Shown here: positions 60,955 through 64,000 of the stretch, piece after piece
Layout of the letters: each line of letters opens with the position of its first letter
Position numbering within the stretch: the stretch's first letter is position 1
Assembly: GCA_963794845.1 (NCBI GenBank)
Contig: CAWCFD010000002.1
Span: forward strand, 890,960-954,959
Source: an uncultured Solirubrobacterales bacterium
GTDB lineage: Bacteria > Actinomycetota > Thermoleophilia > Solirubrobacterales > Solirubrobacteraceae
Length of the DNA stretch: 64,000 bases
Reading direction: 5' to 3'
Notes under the pieces: generated by a model
Database searches by the model: none
Told to the model about the DNA's origin: nothing
What the model saw: only the letters and a program-made list of their open reading frames with translations
Translations under genes and position numbers: made by a program

Positions 60955-63900
60955 ATGAAGGCGAGGGCTCGCATTTGGCTTCTAGGGATGGTGGCCTGCG
61001 CGGTCATGGGCCTCTCGGCGCCGGTGGCGTGGGGCGGCGAATTCGGCGTGAAACGCTTCGTCGCGGCCAACTGCAAGGTCGGAGCCCCATTCGAAAAATG
61101 CGCTGAAGAAGAAGTCAAAGTCGGGCCGCTCACCTACTCCCTCCCGAAGGAACCGACCAAGGCCGAAGCCGAACTAGGCGGCTATACGCAGGCCGCCGGT
61201 CATCCGGGCTGGGGCCTTACGGCATTCGAAGTCAACACGGAAGGCGAAGCATTTCCCAACGCTACTCCTGCGGGTATCGGCAGTGGCGGCGTCGTTACGC
61301 ACGTGCGAACGGATGTCGCGCCGGGAGTGAGTACGAACCCAGAGGCCGTAAAGAAGTGCAAGATGAGCGAATTCGAAGGCACGAAAGTCGGGGCCGGCGT
61401 CTTCACGCCGCCGACGTGCAACGCGGAAACCGAAATAGGCTTCAACAACGTTGTCGTCTTCCTGGGTCCGACACCCCCTGGCGTCCCTAAAGATTATCCG
61501 CTGAAAGGCAAGGTCTACAACATCGAACAGCCCAACGGGCTCGCGTCCTTGTTCGGTGTCGCGCTGGAACTCCCCGAATTCATAACCGGCTTTCCCGGAC
61601 TGGTGGCGCACACCCTGATCGAAGGTCATATCGAATGGGCCGGCAACTACCACGACTACTACGAAATCGAAGTGTCGCCGACGCTGCCGCTGATCGCCTC
61701 GCGACTTGAGCTGTTCGGCAACAAGGGCAACACCGGGCAAGGCGGCTTCATCACCAACCCGAGCCGCTGCGCCGGGTCGGGACCGTTCACCGAAAACACC
61801 GTGACGCTCAAATCGGCCGCCAGCCAGGAAGGCGCCAGGACCTTCACCACCCCGATCGGCCCAGAAGGCTGCCTCGGCGAAGCCGGCTTCACGGCCCCGC
61901 CGTTCGAACCGGAATTCAAGCTGATCGCCGCGACGACGCAATCCGATCAGCCTGACGGGATCACGACCGAAGCGATCGGCCCGCACGATCCGAGCGCGAG
62001 TGGGATCGACAGCTCGCAGGTGCGCAACGCGAGCGTCACGCTTCCCGAAGGCATGACGTTGAACCCGGCGGCGGCCCAAGGGATGAAGGCGTGCACGCCG
62101 GAACAGATCGGCATCAAAACCCGCAATCCGGTTACATGTCCGGCCGAATCGAAGCTCGGCACGGTCACGCTCACGGTCCCGGATCTGCCGGCAGGCGAAC
62201 CGCTGGAAGGCAATGTCTACCTGGGCGGTGGGCCGACGATCACCAATCCGCCGTTCAAGGTCTACGTCGACGCCGAGACGGCTCGCTACGGCATCTCCAC
62301 GCGGCTGGAAGGAACTGTCAAAGTCAACGAATCGACGGGCCAGCTGACGACCGAATTCCTGGAGAACCCCGAACAGCCGTTCAGCGACATCAAGATCGCC
62401 TTCAACGGCGGCGCGTTGGCGCCGATCGCCAACCCCCTGACGTGCGGACCGGCGTTGACGGCGACCAGCTTCGTTCCGTACACGGGCGGCGCCACGAAGA
62501 CGCCCTCCTCGGCCTTTACCGTCGACAGCAACAACGCCGGCGGCGCCTGCCCCTCGCCGCTGCCCTTCTCGCTGGGCCAGAGCGCTGAAGCTCACCCGAC
62601 GAACGGTGGCGCCGCCACCAACTTCACGTTGAACCTCACGCGCCCCGACGGGCAGCAGTACCTCTCCAGGGTCAGCACCACCCTGCCCGCCGGGCTCGTC
62701 GGGAAGATCCCGGCCGTCCCGCTCTGCCTCGAGCCGCAGGCGACGCTCGGCACGTGCTCCTCGACGAGCCAGATCGGGATCGCGACCACCACGGTCGGGT
62801 CCGGCCCCACCCCGGTCCACTTCTCGGGGCCCGTCTACCTCACCGGCCCGACGGGCGGAGCTCCCTACGGCATGACCGTTGTGGTCAACGCGGAAGTCGG
62901 GCCTTTCAGCCTCGGCAACGTCATCACGCGCGCAGGGATCGAAGTCGACCCGTTCACCGCGCGCGTCACGGTGTCCAGCACGCTGCCCACGATCTTCAAG
63001 GGCATCCCGCTGCGCCTCAAAACGCTCAACGTCGCGATCACCAGGCAGGGCTTCCTGGTCAACCCGACCAACTGCGGCGCGCTCACCACGAACACGCTGC
63101 TCACGTCCACGTTCGGCGCGACGCAGAGCCTGTCCACGCCGTTCCAGGCGACCGGCTGCGGCTCGCTCGGCTTCAAACCGCGCTTCTCGGTCTCCACGAA
63201 CGCGAAGACCTCGCGCAGGAACGGGCCGCCCCTGTTCGTCAAAGTGGGCTATCCGGCGGGGTCGCAGGCCAACATCTCCTCGGTGTTCGTGACCCTGCCC
63301 AAACAGCTCCCCTCGCGTCTGAGCACGCTTAAAAACGCATGTCGCGAAGCCGTGTTCAACGCCAATCCGTGGAACTGTCCGGCCAACTCGCGGGTGGGCG
63401 GCGCGACCGCCTACACGCCCACGCTCCCATCCAAGCTCACCGGTCCCGCGTTCTTCGTGTCGCACGGCGGAGCCGCGTTCCCCGACCTCGACCTGGTGCT
63501 GACGGGCAACGGTGTGGAGACCATCCTCGTGGGCAACACCAACATCAGCAAAGGCATCACCTCCACGAAGTTCGCCGCCCTGCCGGACGTGCCCGTGTCG
63601 AGGTTCGAAATGAACCTCTCGAGAGGACCCAACTCGGCGCTCGCCGCGATCGGCAATCTCTGCAAGCCGACGCTCGTGATGCCCACCACGATCACCGCCC
63701 AGAACGGCAAGGTGACCAAGCAGAACACGCGAATATCGGTCTCCGGCTGCCCGGTGGCGATCCTCTCCCACCGCGTCAGCGGCCACAGGGCGATCATCAC
63801 CGTCAAGGCGCCCGCTGCGGGGCGCGTGAGCGGTGGCGGCTCGAAGCTCAAGACCGTCTACAAGCGCCCCGGCAAAGCCCAGAAGGTCACGCTCGAAGTG

Positions 63901-64000
63901 CCGCTCTCGAGCGCCGGCCTCAGGGCGCTCGCCCGCGGCCCGCTCGTGGTGCGCGTGCGCGTCGGCTTCATCCCGAAGACGAAAGAAAAAGGCTCGGTGG
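60955..64000 (+). CDS. large secreted four-Cys-pair-module protein, paralog 3 (3' end beyond window; absent from ORF track)
   Basis: GGAGGAGGA RBS, ATG 60955, signal IWLLGMVACAVMGLSAPVAWG. I translated it by hand to the window end with no stop. Family motifs are conserved: YTQAAGHPGW, MKACTPEQIG..CPAESKLGTV, GTCSSTSQIG, GAPYGMT, LKNACREAVFNANPWNCPANSRVG, GPAFFVSHGG. Confidence 0.8.
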   Translation, partial: MKARARIWLLGMVACAVMGLSAPVAWGGEFGVKRFVAANCKVGAPFEKCAEEEVKVGPLTYSLPKEPTKAEAELGGYTQAAGHPGWGLTAFEVNTEGEAFPNATPAGIGSGGVVTHVRTDVAPGVSTNPEAVKKCKMSEFEGTKVGAGVFTPPTCNAETEIGFNNVVVFLGPTPPGVPKDYPLKGKVYNIEQPNGLASLFGVALELPEFITGFPGLVAHTLIEGHIEWAGNYHDYYEIEVSPTLPLIASRLELFGNKGNTGQGGFITNPSRCAGSGPFTENTVTLKSAASQEGARTFTTPIGPEGCLGEAGFTAPPFEPEFKLIAATTQSDQPDGITTEAIGPHDPSASGIDSSQVRNASVTLPEGMTLNPAAAQGMKACTPEQIGIKTRNPVTCPAESKLGTVTLTVPDLPAGEPLEGNVYLGGGPTITNPPFKVYVDAETARYGISTRLEGTVKVNESTGQLTTEFLENPEQPFSDIKIAFNGGALAPIANPLTCGPALTATSFVPYTGGATKTPSSAFTVDSNNAGGACPSPLPFSLGQSAEAHPTNGGAATNFTLNLTRPDGQQYLSRVSTTLPAGLVGKIPAVPLCLEPQATLGTCSSTSQIGIATTTVGSGPTPVHFSGPVYLTGPTGGAPYGMTVVVNAEVGPFSLGNVITRAGIEVDPFTARVTVSSTLPTIFKGIPLRLKTLNVAITRQGFLVNPTNCGALTTNTLLTSTFGATQSLSTPFQATGCGSLGFKPRFSVSTNAKTSRRNGPPLFVKVGYPAGSQANISSVFVTLPKQLPSRLSTLKNACREAVFNANPWNCPANSRVGGATAYTPTLPSKLTGPAFFVSHGGAAFPDLDLVLTGNGVETILVGNTNISKGITSTKFAALPDVPVSRFEMNLSRGPNSALAAIGNLCKPTLVMPTTITAQNGKVTKQNTRISVSGCPVAILSHRVSGHRAIITVKAPAAGRVSGGGSKLKTVYKRPGKAQKVTLEVPLSSAGLRALARGPLVVRVRVGFIPKTKEKGSV

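Noticed and set aside
61174-63786. 870-aa minus-strand ORF
   Set aside because: Arg/Gly/Asp-rich, low-complexity translation with no motifs. It lies exactly antisense to a plus-strand frame that is clearly homologous to 16532..20179 and 48070..51207.

Overview
High-GC (about two-thirds G+C by eye) actinobacterial-type DNA, strongly mosaic and accessory. Three themes stand out. (1) Left ~10.7 kb looks like a defence or mobile island. It holds a minus-strand array of small unknown genes, an ADP-ribosyltransferase-like (R-S-ExE) protein, a GIY-YIG-like protein, a DUF4238-like protein and decayed gene fragments. It also holds a translationally coupled pair: a 979-aa nuclease-like plus NACHT-like P-loop NTPase and a 655-aa helical-repeat partner. 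The island ends at a truncated tRNA-Ser(UGA)-like half gene. (2) One cassette is present twice, at ~10.8-20.2 kb and ~41.8-51.2 kb. It consists of a consensus sigma70-type promoter, a ~200-nt conserved non-coding domain ending in a 23-nt perfect palindrome and an identical-length (TC)11T tract, and ~400 nt of tandem GC hairpins. These are followed by a TetR-N/MarR-C fusion regulator, a signal-peptide NHL/Fn3/beta-propeller protein, and a >1000-aa secreted protein built from four Cys-pair modules. In copy 2 the propeller gene is split by an IS with a clean 6-bp target duplication. A third paralog of the large protein starts at 60955 and runs off the right edge; it is absent from the ORF track. 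(3) Mobile and toxin-antitoxin elements are dense: an IS110-family element, a 3-gene transposon with 14-bp terminal inverted repeats abutting tRNA-Ser(GCU), tRNA-Arg(ACG), three PIN/VapC modules, a HicAB remnant, Fic/VbhA, an AbiEi-Fic fusion and an Abi pseudogene. Ordinary genes are interspersed: ArsR/Grx-like/DUF302, a glycoside hydrolase, HD-GYP, MMPL, M50 protease-CBS, a MacB-type ABC pair and a cation/H+ antiporter. Most long ORFs in the supplied track that overlap these calls on other frames or strands are GC-driven shadow ORFs. No CRISPR array or rRNA was seen. All family assignments come from reading motifs by eye; no database search was run.
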